Positions 1-8,882 of a stretch of 64,000 nucleotides of DNA are shown here, piece by piece. This DNA comes from Nocardiopsis ansamitocini. Lineage in GTDB: Bacteria; Actinomycetota; Actinomycetes; Streptosporangiales; Streptosporangiaceae. How positions within the stretch are numbered: the stretch's first letter is position 1; each line of letters starts with the position of its first letter. The notes under the pieces were generated by a model. The model worked only from the letters and a program-made list of their open reading frames with translations. It made no database searches and was not told the DNA's origin. A program made the translations under genes and the position numbers. The DNA is taken from assembly GCF_030268225.1 (NCBI RefSeq), contig NZ_BSQG01000011.1, positions 19,751 through 83,750 on the forward strand, in the 5' to 3' direction.

Positions 1-147
1 CATCACGCCCTGGAAGAGCATGGAGACCGCTCGTCCGACGTCGTGGAGAAAGCGGAAGATATCGCGCTGGAGGACGACCTTGACGACCCTGAGGTCGTGG
101 GAGAACCCGTAGTCCGGTGCCTGGACGGCCGTGTCCGACGATGTCAC
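1..147 (-). CDS. hypothetical protein, N-terminal fragment (gene continues past the window start); GTG start overlaps the lanKC stop codon (GTGA)
   Basis: Minus-strand frame MTSSDTAVQAPDYGFSHDLRVVKVVLQRDIFRFLHDVGRAVSMLFQGVM... has very high GC3, unlike the overlapping plus-strand ORF 43..318. The GTG sits directly on the TGA of the upstream synthetase gene. No family recognised. Confidence 0.3.
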   Translation of the reverse strand, partial: MTSSDTAVQAPDYGFSHDLRVVKVVLQRDIFRFLHDVGRAVSMLFQGVM

Positions 148-2716
148 GCGTTGCCTCCCGCAGAACTCTCGCAGCCCCGCGCGGAGAAGAAGGGCAGGAA
201 CGGCGCCCCCTGTCCGCGCGCTGTGGCCAGGGCCAGGAGTATGCCGGCGCCCCCGGTCGCCAGGTCCATCGACAAACGGATACCACGGCCGCCGGGAAAA
301 GCGACGTGGCCGCGGTAGGGCAGGGTGTAGGCGGCCAACTCGCGGGCGCGCTCCTCGACCGCCTCGGGCGCACCGCCCATTCTGGCCAGGGTGACGAGCT
401 GCCCCGCTTTGCCGAAGAACAGATCGGCCCGCACGGTCAATCGGGCCAGCGCCGAACGGCACAGGCCCGGAACGGCTTCGCGCACCCGGGCGTCCTCCCG
501 GTGGGCCAACAGGTCGCCCGCCACCAGGGCGATCCCCATGCCGCCTGCTTCCAGGTACGGCAGGGCTCGGGCCCCCTTGTCCTTGACCAGCAGGGCATCG
601 TCATCCGACGTCACGCAGTGGTCGAGGTCCCGGTGGATCGCACGGACCGCGGCGTCGAGACAGGCGGGGTCGGCGGTCTGCTCATACATACGGACGAAGA
701 AGAGCGCGATTCCCGACCACCCGCGCATGAGGCCGACGGGCAGGGCTGCGGTCCGCCCGCTGCTCGCCCGCTCCGCGCCCTCCGGGGGACCGTTCTCCAC
801 GAAGCCGGCGAGCCGGTCGGCCAGCGCCACGGCCCGCTCCCGATACCGGGCGTCCCCGTGGCTGTCCGCGAAGTGCAACAGGGTGGCACCGACCCCGGAG
901 AGGCCCGAGAAGAGGGACATGCCCCCGCTGGGAGCATCCGCGTGCCGCTCCAGCAGGTCGGCCGCCTCTTCCCCGTATCCGAGGTGGTCGAGGGCGTAGG
1001 CGAGACCGGCCACACCGTCGTAGAACCCCGGGTTGGGCCGGACCAGTCGCCGCCCCGCGTCGATCAGCCACTGTTCGTGGTCGGGGTGGCGGCCGTGGCC
1101 CGCCGTGTCCAGTGCCCAGAGGACGCCGGCCGCGCCGTGCGCGAAACCGAAGCCACCCGAGACGAACTGCTGGATGTCCCCGGGGAAGAGGCGGTCCCGA
1201 CGCTCGGGGGTCGCCGAGGCGAGAACCCCGGCGGCGATCGCCGCCGGCGACGGGGCCGCGGCGGGCGGCCACTGCCCGGAGGCGGCGGCCGTGCCTTCCG
1301 GCACCATCTCGGCTTCGATCTCGTCCGCCCACTCCGGGGGGACGGGGAAGTTGCGGCGCACGATCGCGACGAACTCCGCGGCCTTGGCCGAGTCAAGGAC
1401 CGTGATCGGACTGAACAGCATGAACACCACCAGGCGCAGGGCGGCCATTCCGTAGTCGTCGATGGCGGTCCCGCGCCGCTGCGCGACGTTGAAGCCGGGT
1501 GCGCCGAGCCCCGGCTTCCATTGGGCGTCCGCCGCGTCGAACGACTGCTCGAAGTCGATGAGCGTCACCGTGTCGTCGGCATCGACGAGCACATTGTTGA
1601 CGTGCAGGTCACCGAAGACCAGGCCGCGCTTGTGCACCTCGCCGACGATCTCCTTGAGCCGGTCCATGATCCGCAGTGCCCTGCGGGTGTAGTCGGCGAC
1701 CTCCTCGTCGTCGGGGTCCGCCTTGTTGACCCACGGGTGGAAGGCCGCACACCAGGAGTAGAGCGGGAGCCCCTCCGCGTACTCCTGCACCAGGAAGCGG
1801 TGCCCGCCCAGGGGGAAACTGTCGAGAAGGCCCGGGACGCCCGAGATCCCGTCGAGTCGGGTGAGCGCCTTCTCCTCGCGTTCCTGCCGGGCGACGGCGT
1901 CGTCGCCGTTCCCGTCCAGACCGGCATGCGGACGGGCCTCCTTCAACACGACGGTCATGCCGTCGGTGAGGCGTTCCGCGAGGTAGACGCCTCCCCCGTT
2001 GGAAAAGTGCAGCGCCTTCAGGACACGGTAGGGCTGTTGGGCCTCGCCGTTCTGCCCGGTGCGCAGGTGCGGTTTCAGGAAGTCCGGCATCTCGACCCAG
2101 GCCGGTGGGGAGAAGGCGGGTTGGCGGAGGTCGGGGACGAGGGCGCCGTCCGGGCGCCGGATCGCGGGAACCAGTTCCCCGTCCGCACCGGTGCACCGCA
2201 TCTCGGCGAACCCGCCGTAGCGAACGTAGAGGGGCCCCTGGCCCCACCGGAGGTCGCTGAGGATGTAGGGGCCCGGTTCGCCGCCGATCTTCTCGGAGAG
2301 CCCGACGAGAATCGATTCCAGTTCCTTCTCGTCACGTGGATAGATCGTGACAAGTTTCCCGCTGGATGCCCGGGGCGCATATTTGGCGGAGAAAACGAAC
2401 TGGATTCTCCGGTTCATCAGATACTTGAACGGAATTCGCCGGGCAACGCAGTACTCTCGGACCGCTTCGCAGATCTCTTCGGCGTTGTCCAGGGTTGCGG
2501 AGACGTGAATCTTCCAGCCCTGTTCCGGAAGGTCTGCGCCCTCTGGAAAGAGGTAGCGCCAGACCCCCTGATCACCGCTTACCCACCCACTGGGACAGTC
2601 AAGGCCGGAGATCGAGAACTCTCCGTCGCCGAGAAAAGCCGGGCCGCCCGTCCACCGGCGCGGGTCTTCATAGAAAAGCGGGTCCGCTTGCGTGTAGACC
2701 TCTACCCGATCGAGCA
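144..2716 (-). CDS. lanKC: class III lanthipeptide synthetase (LanKC-type: N-terminal pSer/pThr lyase, central Ser/Thr kinase, C-terminal LanC-like cyclase lacking Zn ligands)
   Basis: Kinase motifs seen: HKRGLVFGDLHVNNVLVD and LIDFEQSF. The LanC-like C-terminus has GFAHGAAGVLWAL, but the WCxG position reads RGWSGIA (no Cys) and the CHG position reads LATGGAG (no Cys/His). Loss of zinc ligands is characteristic of class III rather than class IV. Start placed at GTG 2716 (GGAGA 6 nt upstream). Upstream of that the frame has low GC3 and is not coding, so the ORF-track start at 3023 is rejected. Confidence 0.85.
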
Positions 2717-2740
2717 CGAGTGTTCTCCATTCGACAAACC

Positions 2741-2767
2741 GAAAACCCCGGCCCCGGAGCGGGGACC
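2741..2767 (-). promoter_or_regulatory. GC hairpin followed by T-tract on the minus strand about 25 nt upstream of the lanKC start (terminator/attenuator-like)
   Basis: Minus-strand reading cggtccccgctccggggccgggg then tttt. It lies between the SHOCT-domain gene and lanKC. Confidence 0.3.
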
Positions 2768-3124
2768 GATCTCTTCGGGTCGGGCACGTGAACAGTGGCC
2801 TCTTTTCAAAGAGGCGGAACGGACCGACGGGTCCTCTTGCGCATAATGCCCGCCGCAGATCCCGCGCATTATCGCCGGGCATCCGTGCGGACACCCTATT
2901 CACGTGTCCGGTGCCGCTCCAGCTCCCGGCAGCAGCCATGGCTCGGACCGGAGGTCGACCGACAGGGGGCAACCGGCCACGACGTCCCCGGAACGGTACC
3001 GGCCGGACGCTTCGGCCGGGCACACGGCGAGGAACGCTTCGCCGTGGAGCATTGCGTCGGGGACGACGACGCCGTTGCAGGGTGGCCCCGAAGGTCTGCT
3101 CCTGCGGGGCGTTCGGCGGACGGC

Positions 3125-4045
3125 TCAGAGCCGGTCGAGCAGCTCGGCCTTCTTGGCGGCGAACTCGTCGTCGGTGAGGAAACCGTCGGCGTGCAGGCGG
3201 CCCAGTCGCTCGATCTGCGCGTAGACAGCGTCCTCCTCGTCACCGTCACCGGTTCCGGGCTCCCCCGCGGGAAGGGCCTCCGGCCCGGCCCCCAACTGGC
3301 GGGCCGGTTGGGCCGTTCCGGCCCAGATGTAGGCGGTGATGGTGGCCGCCATCAGCAGTGTCGCCGCTCCCTCCCGCCCTTCCTCGCACAACAGGCAGGA
3401 GAAGTCGTGCTTGGGCTTGACCGCTTCCTTGGCCGCGAAACCGTGCTCGACCACGCGCAGGTACCCGTATTCCCACCCGTCGGAGGGCACCCATTCGGCT
3501 GCGGCCACGCGGGAGAGGGGGAACTCGCGCCGTTGTTCCTTGCGCTTGCGCGTCGTGGCCGCGGAACCGGACCACACCAGCCGCACCGACGCACCGTCGA
3601 AGGTGGCGGTTCCCTCCTCCGTCGTGATGTGCAGCGGCAGCTTGGGAACGAGGCGGGTGGCCACCTGAGCGGGGTCCGTAGCCGTTGCGTCGTCGAGGGC
3701 GTTCTCGATCGCGAAGGTGATCTGGTCGGAGTAGTACTCGGCCAACAGCTCGGTCTTCGCCGGACCGGTCAGCCGGAAGGGCTGGGCCTTCTCGTTCAGC
3801 ATCGCGCCCGCAGTGGCGTAGGGGTCGGCGTGCTCCCGCAGGTGCAGCTGAAGGACCCACCCCTTCTTCTTCCCGGCTCCTGGCCGAAAATCCACCGAGG
3901 CGATGGCCGCGATCGGCACCTCGCACTGGCCGAGCTTCTTCAACAGGGGGTCTTTGAACCACCCGGTGGCGTAGCGGATGGCGATCGACTCACTGCCAAA
4001 ACGCCAGACGGCCTGTTTCCCGCGCAATTCATCCATCGGCGCCAT
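3125..4045 (-). CDS. DUF4429-like protein with C-terminal SHOCT domain
   Basis: C-terminus GFLTDDEFAAKKAELLDRL resembles the short SHOCT oligomerisation motif; the N-terminal two-thirds resemble DUF4429. High GC3; ATG at 4045. Confidence 0.55.
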   Translation of the reverse strand: MAPMDELRGKQAVWRFGSESIAIRYATGWFKDPLLKKLGQCEVPIAAIASVDFRPGAGKKKGWVLQLHLREHADPYATAGAMLNEKAQPFRLTGPAKTELLAEYYSDQITFAIENALDDATATDPAQVATRLVPKLPLHITTEEGTATFDGASVRLVWSGSAATTRKRKEQRREFPLSRVAAAEWVPSDGWEYGYLRVVEHGFAAKEAVKPKHDFSCLLCEEGREGAATLLMAATITAYIWAGTAQPARQLGAGPEALPAGEPGTGDGDEEDAVYAQIERLGRLHADGFLTDDEFAAKKAELLDRL

Positions 4046-4165
4046 TCTAGAGGGCCACGGGGCGACGGACCGGTCCGTTCGCCGCTTCCCCGCACACCGG
4101 ACCGGCCGGCGCAGCGTCGCCGCACGCCGACCGGCAGCAGTTTCAGGGCCGGACAGACCCTCCGC

Positions 4166-4999
4166 TCATCTGGCCCATTCCGGCCGTCGGGCCACGAGGA
4201 AGGTCTCCGACGGGGCGACCGGGCGAAGCAGGAGAAGGACGAAACCGAGCGTGCCGCGGAGGTTGTGCAGCCAGCTCTCCCGATAGTCCGATGTGTAGCG
4301 CAGGATCCGGGTCCGGGCGGCCGGGTCCTGCTCGTTGAAGCCCCAGTCGACGAGACCTCGGACGCACGCCCAGAGGAAGTTGTCCCACTCCTCGGCCGTG
4401 CTCACCTGGGCGTGGACGGGCATCCATCCCGCCGCGGTGACCTGTTCGAGCACACCGTTTAGGTCGGTGTGGGGGTCCTCGTCGAGGCTGAGCGCGGCGA
4501 GGGTCTGCTCGTTCGGGGGGCGGTGCCAGAAGCTCTCCCCCAACAGGACGTAGCCGTTGGGGAGCACCTGGGCGCGGAGGTGCTTCAAGGTGCCGTCCAG
4601 GCCGCCGAAGACCTCGGTGAGTCCCACACACATCACGAGGTCGCTGGGGTCCTGGGGCGTGAACGCGCGGGCGTTGACGGCGTGTCCGCTGAACCGGTCG
4701 GCCAGACCGCGGCGTTCGGCCTCCCGGGTGGCCCGGGCGATGTGCGCCGCGGAGAGGTCCACCCCGACGCACGAGGAGCCGGGGTGCAACTCCAGTGCGC
4801 GCAGCGACCAGGCGCCCAGACCGCAACCGATGTCGAGCACGGTCGCGTCGGACTTGAGCTCGACCATGCGCAGCAGTCGGTCGATGGTGGCCCCGGACAC
4901 GGGGCCCACCACCGGATGGTCGTCACCCAACCGGTTCCAGATGGCCTCATTGTCGATCCCGGTGTAGTCCATGGCCTGCGTCCTCTCGGGGGAACCCAC
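4166..4999 (-). CDS. class I SAM-dependent methyltransferase
   Basis: Motif I VLDIGCGLGAWS. GTG start directly abuts the TGA of the upstream gene (TGAGTG), with AGGAG 7 nt upstream. Alternative ATG at 4972. Confidence 0.8.
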   Translation of the reverse strand: MGSPERTQAMDYTGIDNEAIWNRLGDDHPVVGPVSGATIDRLLRMVELKSDATVLDIGCGLGAWSLRALELHPGSSCVGVDLSAAHIARATREAERRGLADRFSGHAVNARAFTPQDPSDLVMCVGLTEVFGGLDGTLKHLRAQVLPNGYVLLGESFWHRPPNEQTLAALSLDEDPHTDLNGVLEQVTAAGWMPVHAQVSTAEEWDNFLWACVRGLVDWGFNEQDPAARTRILRYTSDYRESWLHNLRGTLGFVLLLLRPVAPSETFLVARRPEWAR

Positions 5000-6511
5000 T
5001 CATCGCTCCTGGTCTTCGTCGGTGCCGTCGACCCATCGCCGCGCGGCTGCGGCGATCGCGTCGCGGGCCGCGCGCACCTCTGCCGCCAGGGGCCGGTCCC
5101 GGTCCAGCGGTGGGCTGATCTCGGCGAGCTCGGCCCAGAGGCTGTCGGGCTCGGCCTCCTGGCCGACCAGTGCGGCGTACTGGGCGAGGCCCACCCCGAG
5201 CGATCCGATGACGAGCCAGGCGTGCCCGAGCGCCTCGGCCACGGCGTTGGCACCGTTGAGCGCCATCGGGACATGGTCCTGGTTTCCGTTGTTGCAGGGC
5301 AGGGAGGTCAGAGAGGCCGGCACGACCAACTGCCTGATCCGGGAGACGAAAGACGTCGCGCTCACCTGCACACCGGCGAGTCCGCTGCCGGCTCCGGGCC
5401 GTGGGGTGAGCATCGGGGGCAGCCCACCGTTGGTCTCGGAAGCGCACAGCAGCGCGAGCTGCCGGTCGGCCAGGTAGGCCACCTGTTGGAGGCACAGGCC
5501 CAACTGGTCGGAGCACAGACCGACCGGCATGGCATGGAAGTTGCCGCCGTGCAGGACCTCTCCCTCGTAACAGACGGGGTTGTCCGTGGTCCCGCCGGCC
5601 TCACGGACAAGGATCTCCTCTTCCGCGTCCAACCGGTCCTGCACCGCTCCGAGGACCTGGGGGGCGCACCGGAGGCTGTAGGGCTCCTGAAGCGGACGCC
5701 CCGGGCCCCGCTCGGCCCCTTCGGGAAACTGCGACCTGATCCACCGGGCCACCCGTATCTGACCGTGTTGGCCTCTGACCTCGCCGATGCCGTGGTGGTA
5801 GGCCTGCGGATCCGCTCCCAGCAGGCGCGCCATCCTGCCGGTCAGGAGGGCGGACGCGCGCACCAGACGGGAGAGTTGCCGGTGGTTGTCGATGGTGAGT
5901 GCCAGCGAGACCCCGGTGCCGTTGACGAAGGCCAGCGCCTCGCGTGCAGACCACTCGACCGGCTCGGCGCCGACCGCTTCCAGTGCGCGCTCGGCGGGCA
6001 GGCAGACCCAGGCGCCCGCGTCGTCGCGCACCCACGCCTCCCCGCTTCCGCTGAAGGCGAGCGCGGCACTGGCCAGGGGCTGGAGGTCGCCGCTCGCGCT
6101 GACCGTCCCGTCCCGGGGGATCGCCGGGGTGAAACCGCTGTTCCACAACTTGGCGAGAAGCGACCAGAACTCCGGGGAGACCGCCGAGTGGCCCAGTCGC
6201 ATCCCGGACAGGCGCAACCACACCACCAGGCGACACACGTCGGGGGGCAGGGGACTGCCCTGGGCGGTCGCCAGATGGGCGATGAGCCCGCTGCCCTGTT
6301 CCTGGGCCGATTCGGCTGCGGGGAAGGCGACCAGCGGCCCGAATCCGTTCGTGACCCCGTAGACCGGCTTCCCGTCCGCGAGCGTCTTGGCCAGGGTGGT
6401 CATCCCGCCGCGCATCCGAGCGGCGTCCTCCTCTTCGCACTCCGCGAGTTCAGCGTCCCAATCCGCAGCTCGCGCGATCGCGGCGAGATTTCGCCGGGTA
6501 CCCGTCGTCAC
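5000..6511 (-). CDS. MIO-dependent aromatic amino acid ammonia-lyase/aminomutase (HAL/PAL/TAL family)
   Basis: MIO-forming tripeptide in TVSASGDLQPLAS. Also GFGPLV, NGTGVS, QEPYSLRCAPQ, HGGNFHAMPVG and NQDHVPMALNGAN. Start assigned to GTG at 6511, overlapping the stop of the upstream adenylating-enzyme gene (GTGA). Confidence 0.85.
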   Translation of the reverse strand: MTTGTRRNLAAIARAADWDAELAECEEEDAARMRGGMTTLAKTLADGKPVYGVTNGFGPLVAFPAAESAQEQGSGLIAHLATAQGSPLPPDVCRLVVWLRLSGMRLGHSAVSPEFWSLLAKLWNSGFTPAIPRDGTVSASGDLQPLASAALAFSGSGEAWVRDDAGAWVCLPAERALEAVGAEPVEWSAREALAFVNGTGVSLALTIDNHRQLSRLVRASALLTGRMARLLGADPQAYHHGIGEVRGQHGQIRVARWIRSQFPEGAERGPGRPLQEPYSLRCAPQVLGAVQDRLDAEEEILVREAGGTTDNPVCYEGEVLHGGNFHAMPVGLCSDQLGLCLQQVAYLADRQLALLCASETNGGLPPMLTPRPGAGSGLAGVQVSATSFVSRIRQLVVPASLTSLPCNNGNQDHVPMALNGANAVAEALGHAWLVIGSLGVGLAQYAALVGQEAEPDSLWAELAEISPPLDRDRPLAAEVRAARDAIAAAARRWVDGTDEDQER

Positions 6512-7626
6512 GTTTGCACTCCCGTGTTCGAGATCGGTTGCATCTGCACCCGCCGGAGTTTGCCCGTCTCGGAGCGGTCGATCCGGTCGACGGGAACCAC
6601 CTTGCGGGGACGGCATTCCAGTTCCGCCAGGGCGGCGGCCAGGTCGAGATCGGCTCCGGTACGGCCGCCGCCGGGAACGATCAGCAGGTCGAAGTGCTCG
6701 CCGATGAGGGGGTCGGTCACCGGCGTGCAGGCCAGGTCCGCACAGGACACCGAGGACCGCAGCCGTTCCTCGATGAGTTCGAGGTCGATCCTGCGTCCAT
6801 TGACGTTGACGAGCCGGCCGCGCCGACCGGCGAAGCCGAATCTGCGTGCGTCGATGATCCGCACCCGGTCGTCCATCTCCCAGGAATCCGGTGCGCGGCC
6901 GTCCGGAAAGCGAGCCAGCCGTGGACTGCGTACAGTTAGCGGAACTTCACCCTCGGTTGTACTCTCGGGGCGGGGCAGCGCGAACTCGACGTCCGGGCAC
7001 AGCTCCCAGGGCGGGTTCCCGCCGCTCCACCTGCGGGTGGCGATGGCACCGGTCTCCGTGGAGCCGAACAGTTCCAGCAGCGAGGCGGTTTCGGGGAACT
7101 TCGCAAGCAGGTCGGCGGCGGTGGCGGGGAGCACGGACGTGCTGTGGACAACGCTGACCCGTTCGAGAGAACGAACCCAGGAGGCTCGCTGAAGCAGAAT
7201 CCGAAAGGTCCAGGGGATGGCCATGACGGCCCAGCGCCGGTGCGGTTGCGGCGGCATGGCGGCGAACTGCGGGCGGTACCAAACAGGAAGCCCGAGCTTC
7301 GCGGGGACGAGGAGGCTGACGAGTGCCCCGTAGAGATGCCGGGGCGGAGCGAACGACAGGACCGCCTCGGGTCGGTCGGGTCCGATCATGGCCGCCAGGA
7401 GCGACGCTTCCGCCCACAGTTGCTCGCGACTGCGCCGCCAGCGTCGGCGTTCTCCGGTGGTCCCCGACGTGAAGAAGTCCAGTACCGGCGGGAACCGTTT
7501 CATGACGAAGTCCTCGACCGGTTCGTCCAGTTCGTCCCAGCGCACCGTCCAGGGGCGTTCGGTGAACTCGGGCGCCTGGAAGTCGCCGGCCAACAAGTCC
7601 GCCGGCGAGAGTCGGTCGTACGTCAC
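6508..7626 (-). CDS. short adenylate-forming enzyme (AMP-binding/ANL superfamily, PaaK-like size)
   Basis: FFTSGTTGERRRW (A3 core), GSTETG (A5-like), ETGKL (A10 Lys). Only about 372 aa. Start ambiguous: GTG 7626 (GGAGG 8 nt upstream, overlaps the uORF stop) or GTG 7662. Confidence 0.75.
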   Translation of the reverse strand: MTYDRLSPADLLAGDFQAPEFTERPWTVRWDELDEPVEDFVMKRFPPVLDFFTSGTTGERRRWRRSREQLWAEASLLAAMIGPDRPEAVLSFAPPRHLYGALVSLLVPAKLGLPVWYRPQFAAMPPQPHRRWAVMAIPWTFRILLQRASWVRSLERVSVVHSTSVLPATAADLLAKFPETASLLELFGSTETGAIATRRWSGGNPPWELCPDVEFALPRPESTTEGEVPLTVRSPRLARFPDGRAPDSWEMDDRVRIIDARRFGFAGRRGRLVNVNGRRIDLELIEERLRSSVSCADLACTPVTDPLIGEHFDLLIVPGGGRTGADLDLAAALAELECRPRKVVPVDRIDRSETGKLRRVQMQPISNTGVQT

Positions 7627-7703
7627 GCGACCGACCTCCGGTGCGCACGGCCCTTCGCGCACAATCGCGGAACCACCGTCTCCCCTCGGTCGAGGCAGGT
7701 CAT
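7623..7703 (-). CDS. 26-aa upstream ORF MTCLDRGETVVPRLCAKGRAHRRSVA, translationally coupled to the adenylating-enzyme gene
   Basis: ATG preceded by AAGGAGAG at 5 nt spacing. Its TGA overlaps GTG 7626 of the downstream gene (GTGA). No homology recognised. Confidence 0.3.
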   Translation of the reverse strand: MTCLDRGETVVPRLCAKGRAHRRSVA

Positions 7704-7877
7704 GGACTCTCCTTTGTCATATCCGTCGTGCAGTGGTGCCGAGGCGAAAAGCGCAGGCACGGGAGGGGCCACACCCTTCACCGGCCCGCCCGGCGGGAGG
7801 ACGCCGCACCCGCCGAGGTGTCCCGCCAGCGGGACGGTCCCGGATGCGGCCCGGAAGCGATCCCCTGCCGTTCGGCC

Positions 7878-8870
7878 TCAAGCCGAGGTGGAACCCACCC
7901 GCTTCTTCAGCGGTTCCCACCAGCTCCGGTTGTCCACGTACCAGCGCACGGTGTCGGCCAACCCCTGCCGGAAGGGCACCTGGTCCCGGTAGCCCAACTC
8001 GGTGCGGATCCTCGTGTGGTCGAGGGAGTAGCGGTGGTCGTGTCCCTTGCGGTCCTCGACGAAGCGCACCATCGACCAGTCGTGCCCCAGCTCCTTTAGG
8101 ACCAGTGCCGTCACCTGCTCGTTGGTCATCTCCACGGCGCTGCCGATGTTGTAGATCCGCCCCGGGTCACCGTGTTGCGCGACCAGGGCGATACCGGCGC
8201 AGTGGTCGTCGACGTGCACCCACTCGCGCACGTTGCTGCCGTCCCCGTAAAGGGGGACCGTCTCGCCGTCCAGGAGGTTCGTGACGAAGAGCGGGATCAG
8301 CTTCTCGGGGAACTGGTAGGGCCCGTAGTTGTTGCAGCACCGGGTGATGCACACCGCGAGACCGTGCGTCTTGTAGAAGGCACGGGCGATGAGATCGGCC
8401 GCGCCCTTCGTTGCCGCGTAGGGGGAGTTGGGCTCCAGCAGGCCCTGCTCGTCCCAGGACTCCGACGTGATCGTCCCGTAGACCTCGTCGGTCGACACGA
8501 GGACGAATTTGTCGACCTTCGCCCTCAACGCGCTGTCGAGAAGGGCGAACGTCCCGTTCACATTGCTGCGCAGGAACTCCGAACCGTCAGCGATGGAGCG
8601 GTCGACATGCGTCTCGGCCGCGAAGTGGACGACGAGCGAGACACCGGCCATCACCTCGTCGAGCAGAGCGGTGTCACAGATGTCCCCGGAGACGAATCTG
8701 AGCCGGGGGTCCTCCATTACGCGTTCCAGGCTCCCCAATGTTCCGGCGTAGGTCAGCTTGTCCAGGACCACGACCTCGGAGGCGTCCACCCCCGGATACG
8801 CGCCCGCGAGAACGCGTCGGACGAAATTCGATCCGACAAACCCAGCGCCGCCAGTGACCAGCATTCTCAT
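7878..8870 (-). CDS. rmlB: dTDP-glucose 4,6-dehydratase
   Basis: MRMLVTGGAGFVGSNFV Rossmann N-terminus, YAATKGAAD (YxxxK), LVSTDEVYG. Typical RmlB length of 330 aa. Confidence 0.9.
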   Translation of the reverse strand: MRMLVTGGAGFVGSNFVRRVLAGAYPGVDASEVVVLDKLTYAGTLGSLERVMEDPRLRFVSGDICDTALLDEVMAGVSLVVHFAAETHVDRSIADGSEFLRSNVNGTFALLDSALRAKVDKFVLVSTDEVYGTITSESWDEQGLLEPNSPYAATKGAADLIARAFYKTHGLAVCITRCCNNYGPYQFPEKLIPLFVTNLLDGETVPLYGDGSNVREWVHVDDHCAGIALVAQHGDPGRIYNIGSAVEMTNEQVTALVLKELGHDWSMVRFVEDRKGHDHRYSLDHTRIRTELGYRDQVPFRQGLADTVRWYVDNRSWWEPLKKRVGSTSA

Positions 8871-8882
8871 GTGCTCTCACCT

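Noticed and set aside
117-2846. 909-aa plus-strand ORF, and similar long ORFs (2795..4462, 4469..7192, 8172..10037 portion, 16969..18726, 22404..24005, 26289..28166, 30848..32770, 32910..35024, 45152..47500, 48806..50683 portion, 51480..53978)
   Set aside because: All are antisense to genes that carry clear catalytic motifs. Their translations are Arg/Pro/Gly/Ala-rich with no motifs: typical GC-rich shadow frames.
2717-3023. Upstream extension of the lanKC ORF to the ATG at 3023
   Set aside because: Codons in this stretch have low GC3 (gat, aat, tta, aga, ttt, gaa, aag), unlike coding DNA in this genome. The extension would also run through a terminator-like hairpin and an AT-rich palindrome.
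2896-3120. Small ORFs upstream of lanKC (50-aa MLHGEAFLAVCPAEASGRYRSGDVVAGCPLSVDLRSEPWLLPGAGAAPDT; 117-aa ORF 2896..3249) considered as precursor-peptide candidates
   Set aside because: No leader-like LxLQ motif and no SxxSxxxC core. No RBS. They overlap the SHOCT-domain gene end. Far better candidates exist at 14388 and 16815.
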